26,095 nt of DNA from Tolypothrix carrinoi HA7290-LM1 (GTDB lineage Bacteria; Cyanobacteriota; Cyanobacteriia; Cyanobacteriales; Nostocaceae), in the NCBI GenBank assembly GCA_019358935.1, contig JAHHIK010000117.1:1-26095 (forward strand), written 5' to 3'. The translations under genes and the position numbers were made by a program. Within the stretch, counting starts at the first letter, position 1. Each line of letters begins with the position of its first letter. Under the pieces are notes generated by a model. The model saw only the letters and a list, made by a program, of their open reading frames with translations. It had not been told where the DNA came from and made no database searches. This document shows, one piece after another, positions 7,937 through 15,925 of this stretch.

Positions 7937-9312
7937 ATCAACAGCATAATCTCATTTATCCAACTGTTGATTTATTTGTCTACGATCTACAACAAGGCTT
8001 AGGACAAACTGAGGAGCAAATTAACCAAAATCGTCATCAGTTTTGGCGAAAAATCAAACCCGAATTAAATAAAGATTACCAACAACTTAATTCTCAAGAA
8101 CAGGATTTACTCCAAAAACTCGCTTCTCTGGAAAAAGCTGAAGCCGATTATGTCGAGTTACTCGTACCAGAAAAACTTGAAAAATTTGACTCAGACTTAG
8201 AAGGCTACTACCGCGCACTGCAACTGAGTGATACCTATGCCTTACAAATCGATTGCTCTGTTATCAATGATAATAACAGCAAACCAATCAGCCGTTTCCA
8301 GGATATTAAAAAAAATATAGAATCGCGCATACATCAGCAAGGAAAACTCGGTAAAACCTGGTTTGTTTGGGGACAGTTGTCAAAAATTTATAACGATGAA
8401 GAAATTCACGCGATCGCCCAACAATGCTATAAGCAAATAAACCCCAATTCTCAAACTCAAATCAACTTGAAAAACCAGGGTAATTTTTTAGGTGCAACTG
8501 CATTTGAAGTGTGGGAACAACCCAATGATTGGGTTGATGAAAAAAGCTTTCAAGATAGCTTTCATATATTAATATGTTTGTTTGCACCAGAGCGATCGCT
8601 TGACGACATCAGCACAAGCATCGCCAATGTATATTTCGATTTAAGCCGTCTGTTTTGCTACCGCCATAAAATTATTTGGGCTTACCACCAAAGCCGTAAA
8701 TTGAAAAGCAAACTCAAAAAAGATTTTCATGAGGTGCAACAAATAGTAAAAAAAATCACTGATTTAGGACAACAAATAAACGCAGGTAAACTAAATCTTC
8801 AAGAATTACAAAAAACCTTAACAGACACATTGACAATTTTATCGCACTATGCAATAGATTTAAATTACCTTGATGACCAAGGACGCACAATTAAAGTAAA
8901 TCTGAATAATTACAAAAAGCGGCTAGAGAAGATTTCAAAAGAAAATAGCAACAATCAGCGACAATTTATGCAAGAATTTAGCGAATTTAGTGCTGAGAAA
9001 TATCTCCAACAAATAGAGACAGATTATATTAACCTTAGCCCAGGTTTGACCCTGCTGCAAAATTTAATTAGTACAATTCAAGGTACAATTGACATATACC
9101 AAGCAAAAAGCGATCGCCACCTAGAAGAATTCATCGGCATCGCAGGTGTGGGACTAGCAACCAGCCAAATAGGATCTGCCGTCATCCTAGCCGAAATACC
9201 CAAAGATAAAAATCCTCTAGCTTACCAAACCCAAATCTTTACCTTGAGTTTAGGTATAGGCTTGATTTTTGCCGTGGTAACGTATATATTGTTTCGCATC
9301 TTTCGTCGCTAA
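7933..9312 (+). CDS. Hypothetical 459-aa protein with long helical/coiled-coil stalk and two C-terminal TM helices
   Basis: ATGA overlap start. Hydrophobic segments FIGIAGVGLATSQIGSAVILA and IFTLSLGIGLIFAVVTYILF with basic tail RIFRR, preceded by a Q/K/L-rich helical region. Confidence 0.85.
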   Translation: MNQQHNLIYPTVDLFVYDLQQGLGQTEEQINQNRHQFWRKIKPELNKDYQQLNSQEQDLLQKLASLEKAEADYVELLVPEKLEKFDSDLEGYYRALQLSDTYALQIDCSVINDNNSKPISRFQDIKKNIESRIHQQGKLGKTWFVWGQLSKIYNDEEIHAIAQQCYKQINPNSQTQINLKNQGNFLGATAFEVWEQPNDWVDEKSFQDSFHILICLFAPERSLDDISTSIANVYFDLSRLFCYRHKIIWAYHQSRKLKSKLKKDFHEVQQIVKKITDLGQQINAGKLNLQELQKTLTDTLTILSHYAIDLNYLDDQGRTIKVNLNNYKKRLEKISKENSNNQRQFMQEFSEFSAEKYLQQIETDYINLSPGLTLLQNLISTIQGTIDIYQAKSDRHLEEFIGIAGVGLATSQIGSAVILAEIPKDKNPLAYQTQIFTLSLGIGLIFAVVTYILFRIFRR

Positions 9313-9324
9313 ATTCCTCTCTTA

Positions 9325-9350
9325 CTCTGCGCCCTCTGCGCCTCTGCGGT
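9325..9350. repeat. Short CTCTGCG x3 repeat
   Basis: CTCTGCG at 9325, 9334 and 9342, between the operon end and rnhA. Confidence 0.6.
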
Positions 9351-9364
9351 TCGATATTATAATT

Positions 9365-10264
9365 ATGTCTTCTCAACGCACAATTCAAAGTATATATACA
9401 GATGGCGCTTGCACCGGCAACCCAGGTCCAGGAGGTTGGGGTGTAGTCGTCTATTTTACCGATGGCTCAATTTATGAAATGGGCGATCGCTCTTTGCATA
9501 CCACCAATAATAAAATGGAAATGCAAGCAGCGATCGCAGCTCTTAAATTCTTAGAAGAATCTGGACAAAAAGAACCCGTTCCCCTTTATACCGACAGCGA
9601 ATATTTAATCAACTGCGTTACCAAGTGGGTGAAAGGCTGGAAAAAGAAAGGCTGGAAAAAAGCAGATGGAAACCCCGTCCAAAATCAAGACCTTTTGGAA
9701 CAATTGGATCAACTCAATAGTCGCAGAGTCAAGTGGGAACATGTCCGGGGTCATTCTGGTAATATAGGTAACGAACGTTGCGATGTAATTGCTCGTGCCT
9801 ACGCCAGTGGTAAAACCCCATCCCTCAAACAACTGGCTTACACTCACTCTCACCAATCCTTAACGCAAATAAGCGAGATAAATGTAGCAAAAGTATCTGA
9901 TTGTGATACAAACTCGACAATAATTAACAAAAGAAAACAAGAAATCAGTATTGCAACAGATACAACAATTATGGAGCCATCTACATCGACAACAATCGAA
10001 GAAAAACCACCAGAGATGAGGGTGGCGCATCTCCGCAACTTGGTTGAAACTCTGCACATCGCTGACGAAATAGCCACAAAAGGCTACTTAATCACCAGTT
10101 CCGAACTAGCAGATTTAATGGATGTTCACGCCAGCGCTGTCACCAGTCGAGGAGATCAATGGCGCTGGCGCAACTGGATTGTCTCACGCGTAAGACGAGA
10201 AGGTAATCAAATTCTCTGGGAATTGGAAAGAGGCGATCGCGTGGAAAGTGAAAGTGAGGAGTGA
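9365..10264 (+). CDS. rnhA: Ribonuclease HI with cyanobacterial C-terminal extension
   Basis: IYTDGACTGNPGPGGWG, TTNNKMEMQAAI, YTDSEY, WKKKGWK and VRGHSGNIGNERCD. Extra C-terminal domain (LITSSELADL...WRWRNW). Confidence 0.95.
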   Translation: MSSQRTIQSIYTDGACTGNPGPGGWGVVVYFTDGSIYEMGDRSLHTTNNKMEMQAAIAALKFLEESGQKEPVPLYTDSEYLINCVTKWVKGWKKKGWKKADGNPVQNQDLLEQLDQLNSRRVKWEHVRGHSGNIGNERCDVIARAYASGKTPSLKQLAYTHSHQSLTQISEINVAKVSDCDTNSTIINKRKQEISIATDTTIMEPSTSTTIEEKPPEMRVAHLRNLVETLHIADEIATKGYLITSSELADLMDVHASAVTSRGDQWRWRNWIVSRVRREGNQILWELERGDRVESESEE

Positions 10265-10476
10265 GGAGTCAGGAGTCAGGAGTCAGGAGTGAGGAGTTAT
10301 GAGTTAAGAGTCAGAAGTGAGGAGTTAAGAGTGAAGAAGTTGTTCTATTTTCTATCTTCTTTCTCATAACTTTGCTCCTCAATATTCATAACTCCTAACT
10401 CCTAATTCCTAACTCCACACTCTTAACTCCGCTCCTCATAACTCCGCTCCTTTGCTCCTTTGCTCCTTTGCTCCTC
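10256..10476. repeat. STRR heptamer tracts in inverted arrangement between convergent rnhA and cruG
   Basis: (GAGGAGT/CAGGAGT/AAGAGT)n at ~10256-10335 faces (AACTCCT)n at ~10390-10445, followed by TTTGCTCC x3. The tracts can base-pair and may serve as a terminator. Confidence 0.8.
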
Positions 10477-11658
10477 CTAACTATACTTCCTTCCCCGCCA
10501 CTCGCGGGGAGTGCGGAGTGCAGATAAGAAAATTCGCAGCACTGCTATGGGATCGGCTAAAGGAGAAAGCCAGAACAACCAGCCACCATTAGCAGTTTTG
10601 CGATCGTAAGAAGGTGCGATCGCCAACAACAAAGCAAAGCGAATCACCACCAAAAACACATTCAAACCCAGTAGGGGCGGGGTTCCCCCGCCCTCTTGTA
10701 AAAACGAAATCCCCCTCCCCAGAAAAAAAAGCAGATAACCAAAAACGACAAAAATAGGTAAACCCTGAACCGCAAAAAGCAACCATAAATCCCCCCACAA
10801 CTGAGCGCGGGAAGATGCATCTTTCAAATCAAGACTTCGCCCCCATTCCTTCCACGTCTCCAGCGCTCCCTCATACATCCGCACCTTTAGCACCTTCGCA
10901 CCATCCAGAAAGCCCACCTTAAAGCCTTGAGCGGCGATATTACGAGCTAAAGTAACATCATCACAAAAAGAACCCCCAGCACTGCTATAGCCATCCACAG
11001 CCGCTAAAACTCGGCGACGACACAAAAAGCATTGTCCATTCGCCATCACCCGTTCTGGCTGCTTGGTATTCACACCAGCCGGATCAAATCGGTAAAGCAG
11101 AGTCATCAACAAAGCCGGTTGTAACCAGCATTCCCCTGGATATTTCAGGATAAACTGAGGCGACAGCGAAACCAAGTCATATTTTTCAGCTTCTGCTGTC
11201 TTCACCAAACCAGCAATCAAACCGGGATCGGGCTGAGTATCAGCATCCATCCCTAAAAACCACTCACTCGCCTCTGAACTATGCAAAAAGCCATTATGCA
11301 ACGCCCAAGGACGCCCCACCCAACCAGGAGGTAAAGGATCATCCGTCATCAGGCGAAAACGAGGGTCTTGCTGCTGTGCCAATTTTACCAAGTCGGGAGT
11401 GCCATCTTGGGACTTACTATCTACAACAATAATTTCCCGAAGTTCGTAGCTTTGTCGGCTTAAACATTCCAACAAAGGGCTAATGCGAAGAGCTTCATTG
11501 AGGGTGGGGACGACAACGCTGACACTACCTAAAAGCTCTGGTGTCGGTTGTTGGGGTTTAATAGGAGGATGGCGTCCGGGTCCTTTCAGCAGACGCGAGA
11601 GCAGAATCGCTGTTGCCGGTACTTGGATAAGTAGCAAAAATAGCGTTAAATAATTCAA
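10477..11658 (-). CDS. cruG: Carotenoid (myxol) 2'-O-glycosyltransferase, GT2 family
   Basis: VSVVVPTLNEA, VVDSKSQDGT, GWVGRPWAL, GMDADT, MANGQC, FCDDVTLAR and EWGRSLDLKD; downstream of cruF. An in-frame TAA at 11730-11728 limits the start to TTG 11658. Confidence 0.9.
   Translation of the reverse strand: MNYLTLFLLLIQVPATAILLSRLLKGPGRHPPIKPQQPTPELLGSVSVVVPTLNEALRISPLLECLSRQSYELREIIVVDSKSQDGTPDLVKLAQQQDPRFRLMTDDPLPPGWVGRPWALHNGFLHSSEASEWFLGMDADTQPDPGLIAGLVKTAEAEKYDLVSLSPQFILKYPGECWLQPALLMTLLYRFDPAGVNTKQPERVMANGQCFLCRRRVLAAVDGYSSAGGSFCDDVTLARNIAAQGFKVGFLDGAKVLKVRMYEGALETWKEWGRSLDLKDASSRAQLWGDLWLLFAVQGLPIFVVFGYLLFFLGRGISFLQEGGGTPPLLGLNVFLVVIRFALLLAIAPSYDRKTANGGWLFWLSPLADPIAVLRIFLSALRTPREWRGRKYS
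10671..10694 (+). repeat. GTAG-type REP-like palindrome in-frame inside cruG
   Basis: GTAG-GGGCGGGG-TTC-CCCCGCCC; reads EGGGTPPL on the minus strand, between two TM segments. Confidence 0.6.
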
Positions 11659-11660
11659 AA

Positions 11661-11862
11661 TTGGGGAATGGGGAATGGGTAATGGGTAATGGGTAATGGG
11701 TAATGGGGAATGGGGAATGGGGAGGAGTTAAGAGTTAGGAGTTAGGAGTTAGGAGGAGCGGAGTTATTCTGCTTGTCCCCTTGTCTCCCTTGTCTCCCTT
11801 GTCCCCTTGTCCCCCTTGTCCCCCCACTCCCCCACTCCCCCACTCCCCCACTCCCCCACTCC
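11661..11862. repeat. Compound STRR block between cruF and cruG
   Basis: Adjacent tracts of (GGGGAAT/GGGTAAT)n, (GAGTTAG)n, (CTTGTCYCC)n and (CCCCCACT)x5. Confidence 0.9.
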
Positions 11863-12768
11863 CTACTTCAAAGCAACTTTGACTGGAGCGACTTGCATTT
11901 CTGTGTTTGCTTCAACAGCTGTTTGCGAGGATGTATTTGCAGTTCTCCACCATAGAGACACAGCTGGAACTACACCACCAAAGAAGCCGAGCAAAACTGG
12001 AATCGCAAACCCAGATCCTAAGCTGAGTCCAGCGGCGAAGACAAAATTGCTGATATAAACGATTAAAGGAACGTTGAGTTGCGATCGCTCTAATTTTATC
12101 GACGCATTTCTCCACAATAGTGCTGTTACAGTCATGAATAAAGCACTTGTACCAAACCAACCTGCATAGTTTTGGTAAGGTGTCCCAAAGAAAGCTCCTG
12201 GTTTTTCCCAATACCAAAACGGAAAAGCGGTTTGACTCATACCTGGCTCTAAAGCGAAGTCCCAGCAGGTGAATAACAAAGCACCCACCGCTATAGCAGC
12301 AATGTGACGCACTATACTTGGTTTTTCGGCTACTTGCAAACCGGCTCTGGCGATTAAGTACGCCGATAGACCAACATAAAACCAGGATATAGGAATTGTA
12401 AACGGTACTAAACCGGCAATTTTATAGCCCAACCCACTCAAGTAGTTATAATCACCAAATGGAAATCCTGTGCTAGTTCCCAGCAGTTCACTTCCTACAG
12501 AGATAAACACTGATGGCAGCATGAATGCTAACCAGTTTCGCAATCCCAAAACTCTATAAGCGAAAATACTGACAGCTACTGTACCTAATATAATATCAAC
12601 TACACCGCCGTTAGCCATACTCGACTGCATCGCAGTCTCTCCAACAGTGCCTAAATTCAAAATTACTTCGGCATTAGGTATGACCAATAGTATACCAAGC
12701 AGTCCAAAAACCTTGGATAAAATATGACCGATGAGGCATACGCGCTCAACAATAACAAGTTGTCTCAT
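11863..12768 (-). CDS. cruF: Carotenoid 1',2'-hydratase / gamma-carotene 1'-hydroxylase
   Basis: SELLGTSTGFPFGDYNY, LGYKIAGLVPFTIPISWFY, WDFALEP and GTPYQNYAGW; multiple TM segments; co-oriented with cruG. Confidence 0.9.
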   Translation of the reverse strand: MRQLVIVERVCLIGHILSKVFGLLGILLVIPNAEVILNLGTVGETAMQSSMANGGVVDIILGTVAVSIFAYRVLGLRNWLAFMLPSVFISVGSELLGTSTGFPFGDYNYLSGLGYKIAGLVPFTIPISWFYVGLSAYLIARAGLQVAEKPSIVRHIAAIAVGALLFTCWDFALEPGMSQTAFPFWYWEKPGAFFGTPYQNYAGWFGTSALFMTVTALLWRNASIKLERSQLNVPLIVYISNFVFAAGLSLGSGFAIPVLLGFFGGVVPAVSLWWRTANTSSQTAVEANTEMQVAPVKVALK

Positions 12769-13197
12769 GATAATTCCCTAACAATACGTGACACGCGGCT
12801 ACTTCGCTGCTAACAGTTTACAAATGTTTAAGAACATATTTAACTAATTTGAGGGCTAATTAGGCGTAAACTTGTTTGTCTTTCTTTGACAGAGCATACG
12901 ATCCTATTGGCTAAAGGGAAAATACACAACATGTTAAACTTATAGTTTAAATTATTCAAGTAAAAATTTATCAACAAAGAATTCAATCTTTCTAAAGTCA
13001 GAATTCAGGAGTTTTAAACTCCACCTCAAGACAGATAAATCGGTTTAGACATCGACAAGAGCCTATTGATCGCAGCTAATGTTTCATTCATAAAATGAGC
13101 CAATTGTCAAGTAGCCCAAAAGCTTTGCTTGCAGCAGAGCAGATAGTTGTGGAATAATGAGTTGATATGGTATTGGGAAATCAACCCATGTCAATGT

Positions 13198-13641
13198 ATG
13201 AAAAGTTTTCTTTGGGTTTCCCTGACGTTAGTGGTTCTTGCTTACGGTAGCTTAGGCTGGTTGATATCGCAAGCACATTCACCTTGGTATGTTTGGTTGA
13301 CGGTAGTCACAGCTATCTTGTTTTTGCTATCAGCCTTGACAACTCCCTGGTTGAAGATTGCAGATTATTCTATTATTTTTTTTAAATCGGATACTAGAAC
13401 TTTCGCCTTTTCGGTTTTAGCTGCTTTCTTGTTCTTTGTGATGATCGCTTGGTTTAGAGTATTTCTTGATACCTTGTTAATCATCTGCGCGAACATATTA
13501 TTAAGAATAGACGTTCAAGGGTCCGGTTTGGGAGAACGGCAAACTTTTTTGATTACGAGTATCTTTTCATTAACAGGTTTAGCCTTGGGTGCAATCGTGC
13601 AGATGGCATTTTCACATCATTTAACTATCCGTTTTTTTTGA
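13198..13641 (+). CDS. Hypothetical integral membrane protein (about 4-5 TM)
   Basis: Highly hydrophobic ORF; ATG 13198 (MKSFLWVSLTL) is more plausible than TTG 13147. Confidence 0.7.
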   Translation: MKSFLWVSLTLVVLAYGSLGWLISQAHSPWYVWLTVVTAILFLLSALTTPWLKIADYSIIFFKSDTRTFAFSVLAAFLFFVMIAWFRVFLDTLLIICANILLRIDVQGSGLGERQTFLITSIFSLTGLALGAIVQMAFSHHLTIRFF

Positions 13642-13649
13642 AAATTGAA

Positions 13650-13744
13650 AATTGGTAATTGGTAATTGGTAATTGGTAATTGGTAATTGTAAATGCGTTT
13701 TACCCATTACCCATTACCCATTACCCATTACCCATTCCCCAATT
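13650..13744. repeat. Inverted STRR tracts (AATTGGT)n / (TACCCAT)n
   Basis: Heptamer runs facing each other directly after the stop codon; can form an imperfect hairpin. Confidence 0.85.
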
Positions 13745-14034
13745 TATTAACTTTTGAAGCCTAAATTACAAAATAAGTTTTATTATCTATGCCTTATAAT
13801 ACAATGTTTCAGTTGATAAACATGCTAGATAAAGGAAACATTAGATACAAATTGGCTTGATTAGTTTCTGCTTTTTGTTATGAAAATATTATCGTAAAAA
13901 AGTCTGCTGAAAAAGAGCAATATTTGCTACTTTTACAATTACATAATTTATGCTTTTTATTACAACTTTAAAAAAAATTTACATGCAAAATAAAAAGAGA
14001 GAAAAATACTGATATTTGCGTTCGGAGACGAATA

Positions 14035-15750
14035 ATGGTAGCGATCGCAGAAAATGCCCAAAAAAGGCTAACAATACAAACTGTAGAAATTGCCCCGAAT
14101 ACAACAGCGATTCGTTCTCTTGATTGGGACCGCGATCGCTTCGACATCGAATTCGGTTTGCAAAACGGTACAACTTACAACTCATATCTAATTCGCGGTC
14201 AGCAAACCGCATTAGTTGATACTTCCCACCGGAAGTTTGAAAAGCTGTATTTAGACACGCTCAAAGGTTTAATCAACCCCAAGGCAATTGATTATATCAT
14301 AATCAGCCACACAGAGCCAGACCACAGCGGCTTGGTGGAAGAAGTTTTGCAATTAGCGCCCAGAGCAACCGTTTTAGGTTCAAAAATTGCCCTACAATTT
14401 CTCGAAGGCTTAGTACACGATCCTTTTTCCAAGCGAATTGTTAAAAGTGGCGATCGCGTTGACTTAGGTAACGGACACGTCATAGAATTCGTCAGTGCGC
14501 CTAACTTGCACTGGCCCGATACAATATTCAGCTACGATCGCAAAACCCAAACTCTCTTCACTTGTGATGCTTTTGGGATGCACTTTTGCGACGAACGTAC
14601 TTTTGACGAAGATTTAGAAGCAATAGAAGCTGACTTTAGATTTTACTACGATTGCTTGATGGGTCCCAACGCCCGCTCTTTGCTGAATGCAATGAAGAGA
14701 ATGAGCGAACTAGGGAAAATCAACATCATCGCCAACGGACACGGACCCCTACTCCACCACAACCTTGATTTTCTCACAGAACGCTACCAAAGTTGGAGCC
14801 AAATCCAAGCAGAAGCGCAAACAACCGTAGCTTTATTTTACGTTTCAGACTACGGCTATAGCGATCGCCTCGCCATGTCAATTAATGAAGGAGTCCAAAA
14901 AACTGGGGTAGCCGTCGAAATGATGGACTTATCCAGTGCGGAAATCCAAGAAATTCAAGAACTGGCAGGTAGAGCATCTGGTATAATTATCGGAATGCCG
15001 CCAACCGCAGCCGTTGCAGCACAAGCGGCGATTAATTCGCTTTTAGTTGTCGCCAACAACAAGCAAAAAGTCGGACTCTTTGAATCTTACGGTGGGGATG
15101 ACGAACCGATTGATACCCTCCGGAGAAAATTCATCGATTTGAGTGTCAAAGAAGCCTTTCCCGCAATTCGGATTAAAGGTGAACCCACCGCAGCTACTTA
15201 CCAATTGTGTGAAGAAGCGGGTACGGATTTGGGACAATTGTTGATGCGCGAACGCAACATCAAGCAGATTAAATCTCTTGATGTCAACATGGAAAAAGCC
15301 CTCGGACGCATTAGCAGCGGACTGTATATTCTCACCGCCAAAAAAGGTGATGTCAGCAGTGCAATGTTGGCATCTTGGGTAGCGCAAGCGAGTTTGCAAC
15401 CATTAGGATTTACAATAGCCGTTGCCAAAGATAGAGCAATGGAATCATTATTGCAAATAGGCGATCGCTTCGTCCTCAATGCCTTAGAAGAAGGAAATTA
15501 TCAAGAACTGAAAAAGCACTTCCTCAAGCGTCTACCTCCCGGTGCTGACCGATTTGCCGGCATTAAAACCCAAAGCGCGAAAAACGGTTCTCCCATTCTC
15601 ACCGATGCTTTAGCATACATGGAATGTGAAGTCACTCAAAGCATGGAATGCAGCGACCACTGGATTCTTTACTGCACCGTCCAAGAAGGTCGCGTCTCCA
15701 AAGATGGACTCACCGCAGTTCGTCACCGCAAAGTAGGTAATTACTACTAA
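14035..15750 (+). CDS. flv3B: Flavodiiron (diflavin) flavoprotein, Flv3 type, likely heterocyst-specific Flv3B
   Basis: RSLDWDRDRFDIEFGLQNGTTYNSY; canonical iron ligands SHTEPDHSG, LHWPD, TCDAFG and GHGP; flavodoxin and flavin-reductase domains (SWVAQAS, CSDHW, HRKVGNYY). Tandem with a Flv1-type gene. Confidence 0.85.
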   Translation: MVAIAENAQKRLTIQTVEIAPNTTAIRSLDWDRDRFDIEFGLQNGTTYNSYLIRGQQTALVDTSHRKFEKLYLDTLKGLINPKAIDYIIISHTEPDHSGLVEEVLQLAPRATVLGSKIALQFLEGLVHDPFSKRIVKSGDRVDLGNGHVIEFVSAPNLHWPDTIFSYDRKTQTLFTCDAFGMHFCDERTFDEDLEAIEADFRFYYDCLMGPNARSLLNAMKRMSELGKINIIANGHGPLLHHNLDFLTERYQSWSQIQAEAQTTVALFYVSDYGYSDRLAMSINEGVQKTGVAVEMMDLSSAEIQEIQELAGRASGIIIGMPPTAAVAAQAAINSLLVVANNKQKVGLFESYGGDDEPIDTLRRKFIDLSVKEAFPAIRIKGEPTAATYQLCEEAGTDLGQLLMRERNIKQIKSLDVNMEKALGRISSGLYILTAKKGDVSSAMLASWVAQASLQPLGFTIAVAKDRAMESLLQIGDRFVLNALEEGNYQELKKHFLKRLPPGADRFAGIKTQSAKNGSPILTDALAYMECEVTQSMECSDHWILYCTVQEGRVSKDGLTAVRHRKVGNYY

Positions 15751-15894
15751 ATGGGCAATGGGGCATAGGGCATGGGGCATGGGGCATGGGGCATGGGGCA
15801 TAGGGCATGGAAAAAATCTCCCATTGCCCATTGCCCAATGCCCATTGCCCATTGCCCAATGCCCATTGCCCATTGCCCAATGCCCATTGCCCAT
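15751..15894. repeat. Inverted STRR tracts (GGGGCAT)n / (CCCATTG,CCCAATG)n between the flv genes
   Basis: Heptamer runs visible directly; they account for the spurious low-complexity ORF extensions here. Confidence 0.9.
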
Positions 15895-15925
15895 TTCAAG
15901 CTATCTCACCCTTCACTCCACACCT

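Noticed and set aside
11773..12058. Pro-rich ORFs 11773-11955 and 11807-12058
   Set aside because: Translations of microsatellite tracts, overlapping cruF antisense.
13745..14034. NtcA box or DIF1 (TCCGGA) motif upstream of flv3B
   Set aside because: I found no exact GTA-N8-TAC or TCCGGA by eye in this AT-rich region.
15610..15925. ORF 15610-15894 and the 56-aa N-terminal extension of flv1B from 15758
   Set aside because: Heptamer STRR translations (MGNGHWA, PLPIAQC); the credible flv1B start is ATG 15926.
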